Source: the human T2T-CHM13v2.0 reference genome, Homo sapiens. From it: a DNA stretch of 64,000 nucleotides. Below, one piece after another: positions 14,601-33,770 of the stretch. The stretch lies in NCBI RefSeq assembly GCF_009914755.1, contig NC_060931.1. One strand, 5' to 3'. Each line of letters opens with the position of its first letter. Position 1 is the first letter of the stretch. Below the pieces are notes generated by a model. The model searched no databases, was not told where the DNA came from, and saw only the letters and a list, made by a program, of their open reading frames with translations. A program made the translations under genes and the position numbers.

Positions 14601-16774
14601 AGTTTGCCTTTTACAATCAGGGGTGATTTCCATATTCAGTAAAAAGCACATGGTGTGTGGTGGCCACCAGATTTTTAGTTAAAACAAGATGGTGATTAAC
14701 AATGGAGATGCTGACCTTACTAAGTAACCTTGACCCGGAGCCTCACAATCCTCCTATCTGATTATTGACAGCTGAACTTCCTTCCACAGGCCGTTCTCTA
14801 TAGGCTTTTAACTTCTCCATGTCATTTTCTTTTTCCCATATATTAAAATTGGGATGTTGGTCTCTTATTAATTACATCAACTTTCTTCGAAGGCAGCCTT
14901 AAAAACATTGGGGTTCATTTAAATAATGATTTTAAATTCTGCTTTAAAAGTTTACAAAAAAATAACTGGAGCCAATTATTTAGATGGCTTTTTTTTTTCC
15001 TCTTCTGTCTCGATAATAAGTAGCTTCATACACGTGACTCCTGTAAGCCAAGCTTGTGCGGTAAGGTAGTAGAGACATTTTGATATATCATTGGGTAAAT
15101 GTAAATTGCTTAGACTCAGAATCCCAAATTAAGATAAGCAAGACAGTGCTGGCGCCACTGAGGTATACTCTGTAAGTAGCCTAGAGGGAAGGTGGATTAA
15201 ATAGTATTAACCTATTGAAAGTGAAAGTGTAAGCAATTTCTCTTCATGGTTTCTAAAAGAATGTGCCCATACATCATAGAAGGCTTTCAGAACATTCAGA
15301 AACAGGAAACCGATTTCACATCTTAGACATTTAATTTATGTTGATTTTAGCAGCATCAATCCAAAACTCATAAATCCAAAATGTTAAATGTTTAATAGTA
15401 TAGAAGGAAAAAATAGAGTTAAAAATATGATTGCTTCTTCTAAAATTTAAGAGATAGGAAACAGTGAATAATAATGATGAAATGCCTGTCAAGTTATTTA
15501 ACTCAATTTTTAAAGTTAATTTAAGCAGAGGATGGGCTAACAGTTCAGTTTTCTGATTTCGTGTCATTCAGTTTTTACTTTAGGATGAGATGAATGGTCA
15601 ACCACAAGTCCATAGAGTTTTTAGTATCAATATGTTGCTAATAAGTAATGTAACAGTAGTAAATCCAAGTTTGGTGTTTTATTCAGCTGAAGCTAGTTTT
15701 TAAATTTCCATATAGAAGTTACTTAACCAAGGATTAGCAGAAAAAGCCAAGAAATGAAATGAAATGGATAGTAATGTCCTCAGAGGGGAAAGAGAAGACG
15801 AAGGGTACACCTAGAGAAAACGTCATTGAAAGATGTTGGTATATTTTCCATTAACGTCATATGTAAAGGCAGACTCTACTTCCAGATGCTATAATGTATA
15901 ACAGGGTTATGAGGTGTCAGATGTGATTCCCCAAGACAGTAACCACAAAGCAGACTTCTGTACTAAAGCATCTGTGACTTTTTCTTCCTTCTGAGTTCTC
16001 ATTAGAAACAATTGTGTTTTGCTTTTATATCCTTGAAGAGGGTCCTTTTCTTTACTTTCTCTGGCTCGAACTACAATTCATGATCCCAATGGCTCTTTTA
16101 TTAGTGGTTTAATATACATCTGTTCTATTCCCTGTCCTGCAGTTATAATTATTTGTTACCACTTTAAAATCCTTCTCTTTCAAGAATAAAATTCAGACCA
16201 TTTTCTGTCATTTAAGAAATCTTGAAAAAAAAAAAGTTTTATTTTTCTTCTCATTTTCTCCATTACTTACATATTTCCTTTCTTTTAAATTTCTTTGTGG
16301 CTCCTGGCTCTACATTTTCCTGTATGCCTTTCCTCACTCCTGTAACTTTTGTTTATTATGTACCAGGTGTCTTCCATTGCCTGCTTTATGTCCCTCTAAA
16401 GCTCGCGTTTTCCACAGGGAATAGCTATATATAACGCTTTTATTAGCCAGAAAAAGTTGTGTTTATACAACAAATATCAGAATGCTTTATTACTACAGAG
16501 AAAACATCCAGATGATTGATTTTTTTTTTTTTAGTTTTTATCTAGCTTGTTATCTTTTAAGCATGCACCTACCCCAATCTTCTTTATGTTACAAACTGCT
16601 CTTTAGAAATATTAATCAGTTTTTTCCGAGTTTCTAATGCTTACTATTTTCATGCCTTTATCAAACCTGTATTTTATGAATAGTCTACAACAGTACTCTT
16701 AAATTTCACATGTACATTAAGTGAGCTTCATTTTATTGAGTGAAGGAGTTGTGCGGTAGCTGGAGCTCTTTCTA

Positions 16775-16793
16775 CTACTGCCATCTAGTGGTT
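16775..16793 (-). promoter_or_regulatory. Candidate CTCF binding site
   Basis: AACCACTAGATGGCAGTAG on the - strand closely matches the CTCF core consensus. Confidence 0.6.
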
Positions 16794-16873
16794 CTCCTTA
16801 TTAGGTGTATTTTCAGAAGAATTTCCTAGAAATTGCATGTAGGTAGGTGGAATCCGAATAACTAAAGATTACT

Positions 16874-17156
16874 GGCCAGGTGCGGTGGCTGATGCCTGTA
16901 TTTTGGGAGGCCAAGGTGGGCGGATCACGAGGTCAGCAGTTCGAGACCAGCCTTGCCAACATGGCGAAACTCCGTCTCTACTAAAAATACAAAAATTAGC
17001 CAAGCGTGGTGGCAGGCGCCTGTAATCCCAGCTACTCAGGAGGCTGAATCAGGACAATTGCTTGAACCCGGGAGGCAGAGGTTGCAGTGAGCAAGATCAT
17101 GCCATTGCGCTCCAGCCTGGCAACAAGAACAAGACTCTGTCAAAAAAAAAAAAAAA
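16874..17156 (+). mobile_element. AluS (small left-arm deletion)
   Basis: Alu dimer with A tail. Confidence 0.93.
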
Positions 17157-17973
17157 TGCCCAACTGAAAATCATTAAAGTTTTATTTCACATTGTATTGA
17201 AAAAATATGTTTATTATCATCTAGGATGAATAGGGAAAATATCTTTTTTTAAAAATAAAGCCCTCACAACTTCTAGTTGAGGATGTTTAAAAACATAACT
17301 ATGTGCTGATTCCCAAGGGATATGATGTCAAAAGTGCCAGGGCTGCTTCTGCATCCACATGCCCCCTTCTTCCAACCACTGCATTAGGAAGTGCGGTTTA
17401 TCACACATCCTAGCACCTGCACACCAGGATCTCAGAACTGCACATGCCTGGCCAGAGGTAGACAAGATGCAAGAGCCACTTCTGCTCAGCTCTGGTCCTG
17501 CTGAGATCTGAAGCTACTATTGACACATTCTGAACTATGAGCAATGGTGTGGAGGAAGTAAGTTCTATTAGAGCCGGGTGTTGTGTCTCTGCCTATCTTC
17601 ACACATGCACCCTTGTGAACTTGGAGACTGAAAGAAGAGTACCAAGTGATATTTTAATAAAAAGTAGCCTCAAGACTCCAATAGAGCTGATATCTAGTTC
17701 TTCATTTACTAACTTATTTATGGACATGTTAAAAATTTCCCTCATTTGTTGCAGACTTGGGTCAATGATTTGATCATAGCCCTTAGCACAGTTCCTAGTG
17801 GATAGTAAGCACTTGGTAAATATTTGTTGAATGAATGAATTTAACAGATAGAAAAATTAACTGGTGCTCTAAGTAAAGGTTTAATGGGTCTATTGCTTGA
17901 TATGAAGAAGAGCTTTACAAGTTCTTATGTTTTATACGAATCTCTTAATTTTTTTGTATTTTATAAGTGATAA

Positions 17974-18147
<174 letters not shown>

Positions 18148-19081
18148 TGAGAAGTAGTCTTATAGCTCAGCGGTTTAAAAACGAAGACTACCTTTGAAAA
18201 TATGTCTTTGTAAAAAATATATCTTTGAATAATTGTCTTTTTAATGGAAGTTTTTCAATTATTTATTTTTGAAAGACTTGCTCTCTAAAATTTGCCCTAA
18301 TTTAGAAATTCATGTCTCTTTACTACTTTATTAGAAAGGCCCTCTAACTGAGCTGAGGAAAGTATTCCTTCTGGTCCTGGTTTTGACATTAACAGGTTGG
18401 ATGCCAAATCGTTTACTTCCTGGCACCTTAGTTTCTTATCTCAAAAGTGAGGGAATTGGAATAAATCTCATAAGGCCAGTTTAAGTTCTAAAAGTCGTGA
18501 TTTAAAAATTCTGTAAATATATATATATTGAAACATACAATGAATGATGACTTCTTTATGAATACATCTTCAAGATAGCATGTCAGATTTCTATAAGCCA
18601 CATGCACACACACACACAATCAACCTCAGCATATTACACTTAACATTTTTTGAGGCCTATTTTGCCCCCAAATGCTATATTATCTATCTACTTACCTTTC
18701 TGTCTCTGCAGGTTTGAACATTCTTAATAGTTTATTACTGAGTAACCACTTTCTATAGGATACATCGGAAACTTATGGTTATACCTCTCCTTTCTAATAG
18801 CCTTGAGGAAATGAAAGGATGTTTCATGCTAAAATTTTAATCATCCTTGGTGATGTGTTAAAGGGTGTTTGGGATGCATTAGATTGAAGGATTAAGCTCT
18901 GTCTTGTGACATGTGGGGTGTATATTGAGTGCTTGTAAGATTATGGAAATAAGCGTGATAGCCCCTTTACAAAACAGTTTTGACAGGATGTTCTCATGTA
19001 TCATAGTTTAGATAAATACATTCTTGAAAGTGTTCAGTTCTATTTTGAATCACTCCGCCTATTTATAATGTTATGCAATAA

Positions 19082-19264
<183 letters not shown>

Positions 19265-20059
19265 TAAAAAAAAAAAAAAAAAACAAATTTAATGAAATTA
19301 AAACTCCTCAAACTTTTGGGTAATTTGATTGTAATAATAACAACTACAATTTACAATAAACTTAAGTATCTATGTAATGGAATAATTTCTAATATATTTG
19401 CTAACTTTATAATACTTTTAGTCCAGTTAAAGTAGGTATGCAATTTTCATCCTCACTCATGCATGTGAAATTAAATGGGGTGCTGTGATAATAACGAGAT
19501 AATACATTGAAGCCTCTATCCCAGTACCTAACACAGTATAAAGGGCTCAATAAATAAGCCATTGTTATTTTTATTACCACTAACATGGATGATTTTACCA
19601 ATTAAGTCTATATAATTTTTGATAATATAGAAAAAACATGAAGAAGAAATAAAGATCATCTGCAATTCTACCATGCAGAAATAAGCACTGGTAATATTTT
19701 GATTATACTCACATACAGGGTCATTATATGCAAGTATAACTTGAATATTTTCAGGATGTTTCATTTGTAGGAATTTAATTTCATATTTGTAACAGAAATG
19801 CAAAAAAAAATAGGGGTTTAGTTTTCTCAGACAGCAAAGAATAGAAAGATAGGGTATCTAGGGTTAGCATAAAGTTCTACAATGTTGTCAGTGTTCAAGG
19901 ATATATCTGTCTTTTGTTCTGCTACTCTTAGTGTGCTTTATGATTACAAGGTGGCTGGTATACCCCCAAGCCTCACATCTCCATTCCACGAAGGAAGAGA
20001 GGGTGGATAAGAAAAGGTGCAAAGGTAAAATCCTTTTCTTTATGACACTTCGCCAAAGA

Positions 20060-20700
20060 GACAACATACATTTTTAAAAAACCAAACCAATTATCTAGAA
20101 ATAAAGGGGAAATTGAATTAAAAAATAGTTTGGAAGAAATTACCCAGAATGCTAAATGGAGAAAGAAAGCAATAGAAGATATGAATTAGATATTGAGAAA
20201 AGGAGAGACATTAGAAAGAGAAGGTCCAATATAACTTCAGTAATAGTTCCTGAAAAACAAATTATAGATAGAAATTGAGCAGAAGGTAATGTTTAAAGTG
20301 ATAATGGCTGGAAATTTTCCCAAACTGATAAATAAATTCTTAGACTGACCAGACAATTACCAGAATTGGCAAAGAATTCTTAGATGCACCAGACAAAATG
20401 AATCCAAACACAAAAAAGACACATAACAACAACAACAACAACAAGAGTCTTCACCAAAGGCAAAACCATCTTAAAGCAGTCGGAGAGAAAACCCAGATGA
20501 CCTACAAAAGAATAACACAGAGATTCACAACAGACTCTCCAACTACAATCGTGGAAGTCAAAAAACAGTGATCGAAAGTTTTTAAAATGCTGAGGACAAG
20601 TAATGGCCAACCAAGAATTTTATAACCAACTCAATTATTATTCAAGAATGAGCGAAAGGTAAAGGAAAAGAAAAAGAAGAATGAGGACAAAATTAAGACT
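20060..20700 (+). mobile_element. Old L1M fragment (ORF1 region)
   Basis: A-rich, with ataatggctggaaattttcccaaactgat and ccaagaattttataaccaac L1 ORF1-like motifs. Confidence 0.6.
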
Positions 20701-20859
20701 TCCCTGAACTTTTTATTGTGAAAATTTTCTAACAGGAAACGTTAAAGAATATTAAAATAAATATTGGTATATGCCCACATATATTCAACAAGTGTTCATA
20801 TTCTGCTATATTTACCGCCCTCCATATCTGACGCTTTGCCTCTTTATTTAAGGACAGGT

Positions 20860-21145
20860 GGCCAGGTGCGGTGGTTCACACCTGTAATCCCAGCACTTTG
20901 GGAGGCCGAGGCGGGCAGATCACCTGAGGTCGGGAGTTTAAGACCAGCCTGACCAACATGAAGAAACCCCATCTCTACTAAAAACAAAAATTAGCCAGGC
21001 GTGGTGGCACATGCCTGTAATCCCAGCTACTCAGGAAGCTGAGGCAGGAGAATCACTTGAACCTGGGAGGCGGAGGTTGCAGTGAGCCATTGCACTCTAG
21101 CCTGGGCAACAAGAGCGAAACTCCATCTTAAAAAACAAAAAAACA
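20860..21145 (+). mobile_element. AluS
   Basis: Dimer; flanking duplication aaggacaggt. Confidence 0.94.
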
Positions 21146-21297
21146 AGGACAGGTCTCCTCAGAAGACCTTAGAAGTCATTCCTAAATGAATGACTTACAC
21201 TGCATTTGGCATTTCCAACTACAGTGTAAATTGGAAAATCAATGTATTGCCAAAGGATTAAAATGTTTCAGCAGCAGACATCATTACATTTCACTCC

Positions 21298-22140
<843 letters not shown>

Positions 22141-22256
22141 CTTTTAAATAATTTAGACTGAAAGTTTAAAAATAAGGACATTTTCCTGTTAACCATAATG
22201 TCACTCTCACACCTTAGAAAAAAACTGGTTTGTTTATATTACTTAAAATATAACTC

Positions 22257-22559
<303 letters not shown>

Positions 22560-23105
22560 TCACATTTTCTCAATTGTTCCAAAAAGGTTTCTACAGTGCT
22601 TTTTCAAACCAGAATCTAGTCAAGATTCACAATTAGATTTTTTATGCTCTTCAGTGTCTTTTAATTTAGAAGAGATTCCCTGGTTTTTGTTTCTGTTTTT
22701 TTTTTTTTCTTCCATGACTTTTTGAAGAGAACAGGCCAGTTATACTGTAGAATGCCTCAATTTTAAATTACTTCCTTAAGGTGTCATTCGATTTGTTCCT
22801 TTATTCCTAGTATTTCCCATAGAATGAAAGTAACATCCATAGGACATGTTGTAGGTGCAGAGGAGCATAGTGTAAGGCAGTGGCTTTCAGAGTGTAAAAC
22901 AAAAATGGAATTCTAAGGCCCGTCAATCATCTGAATGACCCTTCCTCTTGGCCAAGAGCATTCCAAGTTAACCTGAAAAATTTGTTCAGGCCGTGAGGGA
23001 AGGGGGCTCCGGACATGCCTCCTTATACCCCCCTCCCTTTTGGAATTCAGGAAAAGCCAACCAGCATTAACATCAACACAGATATTAAGTCTGATAAATA
23101 TTTAC

Positions 23106-26520
<3,415 letters not shown>

Positions 26521-26554
26521 TATATATATATATATTTTATACTTGCCTAACTCA

Positions 26555-26907
<353 letters not shown>

Positions 26908-27010
26908 TCAGGATCTCCTGAGGGCTGTGTGATAGGCCATCGGTCACTCATATTTGGCTCAGAATAAATCCCTTCAAATATTTTACAGAGTTTGACCCTT
27001 TTCATCAACA

Positions 27011-27180
27011 AGGGTATGGTCCCCAATCCAGCAGCATCAATATCACTTAGAAACTTGTTACCAATTCTTGCCCCAAACCAGATTTACTAAACTAGAAACA
27101 AGTGTGGGACCTGAGAAGCTGTGTTTTATAAAGCCCTTCAGATGATTCTGATGTACACTCAAGTCAGAGATCAACCAATA
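27011..27180. mobile_element. MER5A-like hAT fragment
   Basis: ccagcagcatcaatatcacttagaaacttgtta ... aagcccttcagatgattctgatg. Confidence 0.65.
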
Positions 27181-29069
27181 GAGAGGTGGTAGTACCAGTG
27201 TGGGATTAGACTCCCTTGGGTTTGAATACCAGATCTGCTAATAATTATAAGTTTTATTTTGGACATTTGCTTTAGATTTCTGATTTTTAAAATGAGTATA
27301 ATATCTTGCTTTGACTGTTATGCTTGATATGTAAAACATTGAGATACTTGATCTGACACATACCAAGTGTACAATAAGTTGAACTATTGTGTTAATCAGC
27401 CACTTCCTTGGTTTATGTAAAAGTCCTTCCTTTTACTTCATGTGAGAGGTGATGGCCCAAATGGAATGTTATTGGAGTAGACCATGCTGTGGTAGGAAAG
27501 GAGTCTTTAGATAGAAAATCTCCCCTCTTAAAAACAGCGAATGCACACAATAACAAACAATGCAAGGTCAGCCCCCACAATCTGTTTTTCAGTGCTATAA
27601 TTATTATTGGTGTGATCCCTACCTTTAGGGATCTACATTTCTTTTGTTTAACCAGATTGCTGGAAGAACTATAATCCTTTTTAAATTCTCTTTACTCCTT
27701 TTCATATTGAACCTCCAAAAACAAAATCAGGAGCAGAAAAGATAGGGAGAGTATTTTATTGCATTTGAAACTTTTTCTTCTTAATTAAAAGATATGTTGA
27801 CTAAATCCTCTAATAATCGATAGGACAATTATTATAAATCTACTCATTTTCCACAAAAGGCCGCTATATCATAGCAACTAAAAAGTATTTTTAGCCCAGA
27901 GTATGGCTTATTTTAGCATATCTTAATTAAGCAAACATTTGTAATAAAACTAATAAAACACGCTATGTAAATTTTTAAAATTTATCCATATAGTTTTGCA
28001 GCTTCTATATTTGTTTTTTTATAAATCTTACCTTATGGTGACATTCTAAAAAATTATAAGAGTAATTCTAAGAGAAATATGAATTATTTTATTGGAAAGA
28101 AACTACACTTAAAAATGTTTATGAGGCAATTGTAAAGCCACATTTTGATTTTATTATCCTTCATCTGAAGTTAAGAAACCAATTATATTTCTAATATCTT
28201 GAGAAGCAAGATCAATTTTAAGTTTTCTTCAAGTCCCATCTATCAGTCCTTATCAAATAAGTATGGTTAAAAGGGTTGTACCAATTTTCATTACTGTCTC
28301 TGGGTTTTATTGCATGATAGCCAATATTCTCAGAACCAAAACACTTTGGGCTTCTACCTGGCTTTAAGAACCTGATTTGCAGATTTTTCACCAATTACCT
28401 ATATCTAAATGTAGAAAGACATTAAGGGGTATTTAAAATAAAATACCAACAAGCTTTTAAAATGTCCATTAGTGGTCCAAAAGTGAAGCTGCCAGATTTC
28501 CACCATGTTTGCTCAAGACAGAGCTCCAGGTGCTGAGCCCAAGCTGGGGTATAGTGTCACAGAGCCTGGGCCTGGCAGGTGAGGCATGTACTACTAGGGA
28601 AGACAGAAGGGTAAGGCCAAAAAGGAAGACCAGGCAGACTATTTAACAAACAGCAATTCACCAAAGAGTGCACCAGTACAGACAAGGCAGGACACAATCC
28701 AGAGAAAACAGATAATTGAAAGGTATGAGCTGGGAGATCAACGGCTCAGGAAATCAAGTCTTGAAGACATTTCTGACTTTGGGTAGCTATGACATATCAG
28801 GCACACCCAGAAGAGTAAATGCCAACTGCTACCTATGCATGAAGGTTCAGGTAGGTATTAGAGGTCAATGTGAGATCTAGAGATTGTTTGGCATAGGGCT
28901 GAGCAACTGAGGGAGTTGTGTACAAGAATTTGTGAAGGGAAAAATCAGCAGTCAACAGAGCTTCCATGTTGCATAACTCCAGTGGACACTCTTTGCACAG
29001 AAAACATTTACTGAGGCCCCCCAAGAATTGTGCCATAAAGTAGCCCTGGGCCAAAGAGATAAACTAGAA

Positions 29070-29910
29070 TTACTTTCTAAGGGAGATACCATATACAAAA
29101 ATAGATTCCAGAGAGATTGAATATCTAAATGTAAATGAAATCAGGAAGTTCTGGAAGAAAATACTTTCATAATCCCAAAGTGAAGGCCAATCAAAGCCTC
29201 ACACAAAACTCAGAGGGCATCAAAGAGAAATGTTGACAGATTTAACTACATGAAAATGAAAAACAATTATATGTATCCCATAAATATGTACAACTAGTAT
29301 GTATCATAATAATTAAAAATAAAAAGCATCATATAGGAAGAAAATTAAAATGCAAAATTGGAGGAAGTCTTTATAACATATATAATAGGCAGAAGTTAAC
29401 ACTCATAATTTCTAAAGGACATCTCCAAGTCAATTTAAAAATCCCAGTAGAAAACAAAATAAACGACATGGACAAGACATATATACAAAGAAAGAAATGT
29501 AAATAATGATCAGCTTCACTAACGATCAAATAAATGGAAATAAAAACAATGAGATACCATTTTCATCCAACAAGTAGGCAGAAGTTTTAAAGGGTTGTTA
29601 AAGATGAGGGGGGAACGAGCACAATTCATGTTATTGATGGGAATGTAAACTCGTTCAACTCTCTTGGATGACCATATGGCAGTATCCACCAACATATAAA
29701 ATGTGCAAACCATTTGACACAGCAACTAAATTTGATCTCTCCCCTACAGAAGTGCTTGCACATATGGACAAAGAAAAAATATATAGGTATAAGGCTGCAT
29801 GTTGCAACATTTTTTATAATAGCAAAAGTAGTAGAAACAATTTAAATGGTCATTCATAGGAGAATGTTAAATAGACTATGGCACATTTGTATAATACAAA
29901 CTATTCCATT
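29070..29910 (+). mobile_element. Old L1M ORF2 3' region
   Basis: aaaacaatgagataccatttt and gggaatgtaaactcgttcaac motifs. Confidence 0.65.
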
Positions 29911-29954
29911 ATAGAATTAATCCATAATATATTTGGAGGTATTAAAAACACCTT

Positions 29955-30240
29955 GGCAAGGCGGGCAGATCACCTGATGTCAGAAGTTTGAGACCAGCCT
30001 GGCTAACATGGTGAAACCCCGTCTCTATTAAAAATACAAAAATTAGCCAGGCGTGGTAGCAGGCGCCTGTAATCCCAGCTACTCAGGAGGCTAAGGCAGG
30101 AGAATCGCTTGAACCCAGGAGGCAGAGGTTGCAGTGAGGCAGAGGTTGCAGTGAGCCGAGATCGTGCCACTGCACTCCAGCCTGGGCAACAGAGTGAGAC
30201 TCTATCTCAAACAAAAACAAAACGAAAACAAAAAACAAAA
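29955..30240 (+). mobile_element. 5'-truncated AluS with an internal tandem duplication of gaggcagaggttgcagt
   Basis: Alu consensus; duplicated 17-mer at ~30119-30152. Confidence 0.92.
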
Positions 30241-30504
30241 CCACACACATTGAAAAAATAGTATACTATGAGTAATAACAAAATTAGAATTTTGTCAACA
30301 AACAAATCTCTATGTATATATACATGTATGTGTGTGAGTACACGTGTGACATATAGGCTGGAAACATACATACAAAACTTTTAATAGTGATACTTAATAG
30401 TAATAAGAGGAAGTGGAAATTTCCCTTTTTACTCACTATTTTCTTTATTGTTTATATTCATTGTAAGTAAAGTATGCGCTTTTTGTAATTAAAAATGAAG
30501 ACGA

Positions 30505-31005
30505 GAACAGGGAAATCCTGTCATTTTTTGACAATATGGTTGACACTGGAGAGCGTTATACTAAATGAAATAAGACAGACACAGAAGAACAAATACTGCA
30601 TGATCCCACTTATATATGGAATCTAAAATAGTCAAACTCATAGAAGCAGAGAGTAGAATGGTGATTGCCAGGTGCTGTGGGGAAGGGGAAATGGGGAGAT
30701 GTTAGTCAAAAGGTACAAAGTTTAAATTATATTACACAAATGAATAAATTCTAAAGATCTTATATGATGTGACTATAGTTAGCCGTATTGTATACTTGAA
30801 GTTTACTAAGAGAGTAGATCTTAAGTGTTCTCACCACGTATACACAAAAAATGGCAACTGTCTGGCTGATGAATATGTTAATTAGATTGAGTGTGATGAT
30901 TATTTCACAGTGAATACGTATATTAAAACATCAAGTCGTACACCTTAAATATATACAGTTTTTATTTGTCAATTATACCACTAAAGCTGGGAGAAAAATG
31001 TAGAA
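30505..31005 (+). mobile_element. L1MA9/L1MB-like 3' end
   Basis: aaatactgcatgatcccacttatatatggaatctaaaatagtcaaactcatagaagcagagagtagaatggtg. Confidence 0.8.
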
Positions 31006-31792
31006 AAAGAAAGAGCCTAGGATGATCAGAAACGCATGAGAGACTTTCGTTAGCCACTTGTGAAGGGAATAATGCTATGAATTCAAAGGCAGAGAGGCTT
31101 TGTGGTCGCTGCTGCTTGTGGAATGGCAAGAGGTGATACTGTGGGCTTCTCTGGCACAACAGGTGCTAGTAAAATCCATCTCTGTACGGGCCCTAGGCTT
31201 TCCGGAGGGAAATCAACAAAGCAGTGACAGTCTCTGGAAGACACCGTAAGAAATCCAGGTTTTGAGGACTAGTCTTGGAGCTTCAAAGCTAGGAAGATCT
31301 AGATTCTTGTGATCTAGTATTTGTTTATTCCGTTTCTTTAAAGTTAATGCTAAGAATCCAAATGGTTGAAATGTTCCTAAATATTTCCCCTCATTTGGAC
31401 TGTTAGTCCATTTATAGATGCATGTGCCTTTCGGAAGAAAAGGGATAGGTTTCTGCATATCAGCCTCAATATCTTAATTATAAAAATTCCCACTTGGATT
31501 CCATTGGTACATTATAAATTGACTAAGCTTTCTGTTCTCAGGGTTTTGAGATTTGTATTGTATTAAAAAAATTTGCCCCAAAACCTAAGGCAAAACCCAC
31601 TATATCTAAGAGAAAGTTTTGCTTTGGAGTTAGATAAAAAGGCATTTTTGACAGATTGAACTATTTGCGTAAAGAATAACTTGAAAACAGAAAGCCCTGC
31701 TTTATACTTTTCCTTTATAGCATTGTTCCACTGTTTTTAAATGCTGGATAAATATTTTAAAATACTAACTTTAAAATGTATTTTTTTTTTAG

Positions 31793-31820
31793 ATTTTGCA
31801 TTTGCAAATAATGTAGACAA
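31793..31820 (+). CDS. LRRC72: LRRC72 28-nt microexon, (D)FAFANNVD(K)
   Basis: TACTAAC branch point at 31763-31769, T10 tract, ag| acceptor and |gtaagt donor; converts phase 1 to 2, which is exactly what is needed to join 19256 to 33043 in frame. Confidence 0.9.
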
Positions 31821-32080
31821 GTAAGTAATTTTATCTATACATTTATTATCAGATTATTTCATAATTGTGTTGTCCCTTTACTTCATCTCCATTTCCTAAA
31901 ATAGATTTTAATGAATTAAAAAATGACTCACTCTTCAATAGATGAGAAAAATTGCTAGGTCTTTCTGTGATAAATGAGTTCAAGCTCTGTATTAATATTT
32001 GACATATTTGGGCTTTTAATATTACTATCAAAGTCCTAAATAAGCAAAAAGATAATTTGATGCTTAAAAAAATAAACCTC

Positions 32081-32388
32081 GCCAGGCGCAGTGGCTCATG
32101 CCTGTAATCCCTGTACTTTGGGAGGCCATGGTGGGTGGATCACCTCAGGTCAGGAGTTCGAGACCAGCCTGGCAAACATGGTGAAAACCTGCCTCTACTA
32201 AAAATACAAAATATTGGCCTGGCATGGTGGCAGGCGCCTATAATCCCAGCTACTCAGGAGACTGAGGCAGGAAAATCACTTGAACCCAGGAGGCAGAAGT
32301 TGCAGTGAGCCTAAATCATGCCACTGAACTCCAGCCTGGGTGACAGAGTGAGACTCTGTTTCAAAAAATAAAAAAATAAAAAATAAAC
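32081..32388 (+). mobile_element. AluS
   Basis: Full dimer; TSD aaaaataaacct. Confidence 0.95.
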
Positions 32389-33025
32389 CTTAACTATTAG
32401 CTATTCTGAAAGTGGGGTTTTATATTCCTTGTTTAGCTATTCTCTAAATATGTTCAGTCATAGCAGTTATCATGTAGATTAACATTTTATATTCATTGGA
32501 ATTTACATTTCCAAAAGCAAGCACCTCACTAATACTATGGAAGACTTTTCAAATTCATGAATACTGATGAATTTAGAGTCATCATTCTTTTTTTATTTTT
32601 TCACTTAAGATGTTTTTCTTTGGATACAGTATTGAATATTATCTCCATGTACATTTATAAAATATGGCATAATGTAGAAAAAAACTTAGCAATACAATGA
32701 ACTTACAATAATAATATGCATATATCTATAAATATTTTAACCATCTCATTTAACTGGTTTTAAAACATGACTGCATGAGTATGTGAGATCTAAACTGTAA
32801 TAGTTGATCCCCAAATATGTTCAGATACTTTATTTATAAAATAAACAATATATACAATAAAAATAGTGTCACTTAGCCTGAAAGTCATTTGTCAGTGGAG
32901 CCCGCAAATTATTTGTTAGTGGTACTATACTACAAATAACACAGAAAAACATGGCATTGATTCATTTGAATAAAAATTTCATTTTGGTCAAATTTTCATT
33001 TTTGATTGCTTTTTTTCTGACGTAA

Positions 33026-33208
<183 letters not shown>

Positions 33209-33249
33209 GCCCTGGTATTTCTAGATATCTTAGTGGTTTTCAGTTGTAT

Positions 33250-33255
33250 ATTAAA
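33250..33255 (+). terminator. LRRC72: Probable LRRC72 polyadenylation signal (variant ATTAAA)
   Basis: ATTAAA ~42 nt after the stop codon; no canonical AATAAA nearer. Confidence 0.6.
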
Positions 33256-33359
33256 CTTCCCTGTGACTTAGCATATTACATACTTACAATGATATTATTT
33301 GAGACATCTAAATGTAAACAGAAACACCAATAATGAAAAATAATTCCTACATTTTAGGT

Positions 33360-33770
33360 TTTTAAATGTAAAGTTGTTTAAGTAAAATTGTGTACAGAAA
33401 TGTATAAAATTCATAAGTGTTCAGCTCAATGAATTTTCAAAAATTGAACATGTTTATGTAACTGGCATGCTAGATCAAGAAATAGAACATTATCAGGACT
33501 CTGAAACTCCCTCCTTCCTGTACCAGTCACTACTCACCCTTCCAAAGTAATCATTGTCCTGATTTCTAGACAATAAATTACCATGTCTGATTTCAAAAGG
33601 CATATAAATGGAATCATAGAACATGAATATTTTGTGTCTGGCTTTTTTCACTTGACGTTGTAAGATACATCCATGTTGTTGCTAGAAGCAATGATTCTAT
33701 CATTCTTACTGCTATATAATATTTCATTGTAAGACTATAACACAATTAACTTATCTGGTGTACTATTTTT
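33360..33770 (-). mobile_element. Old L1M 3' fragment
   Basis: catataaatggaatcatagaac...ttttgtgtctggcttttttcac. Confidence 0.65.
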
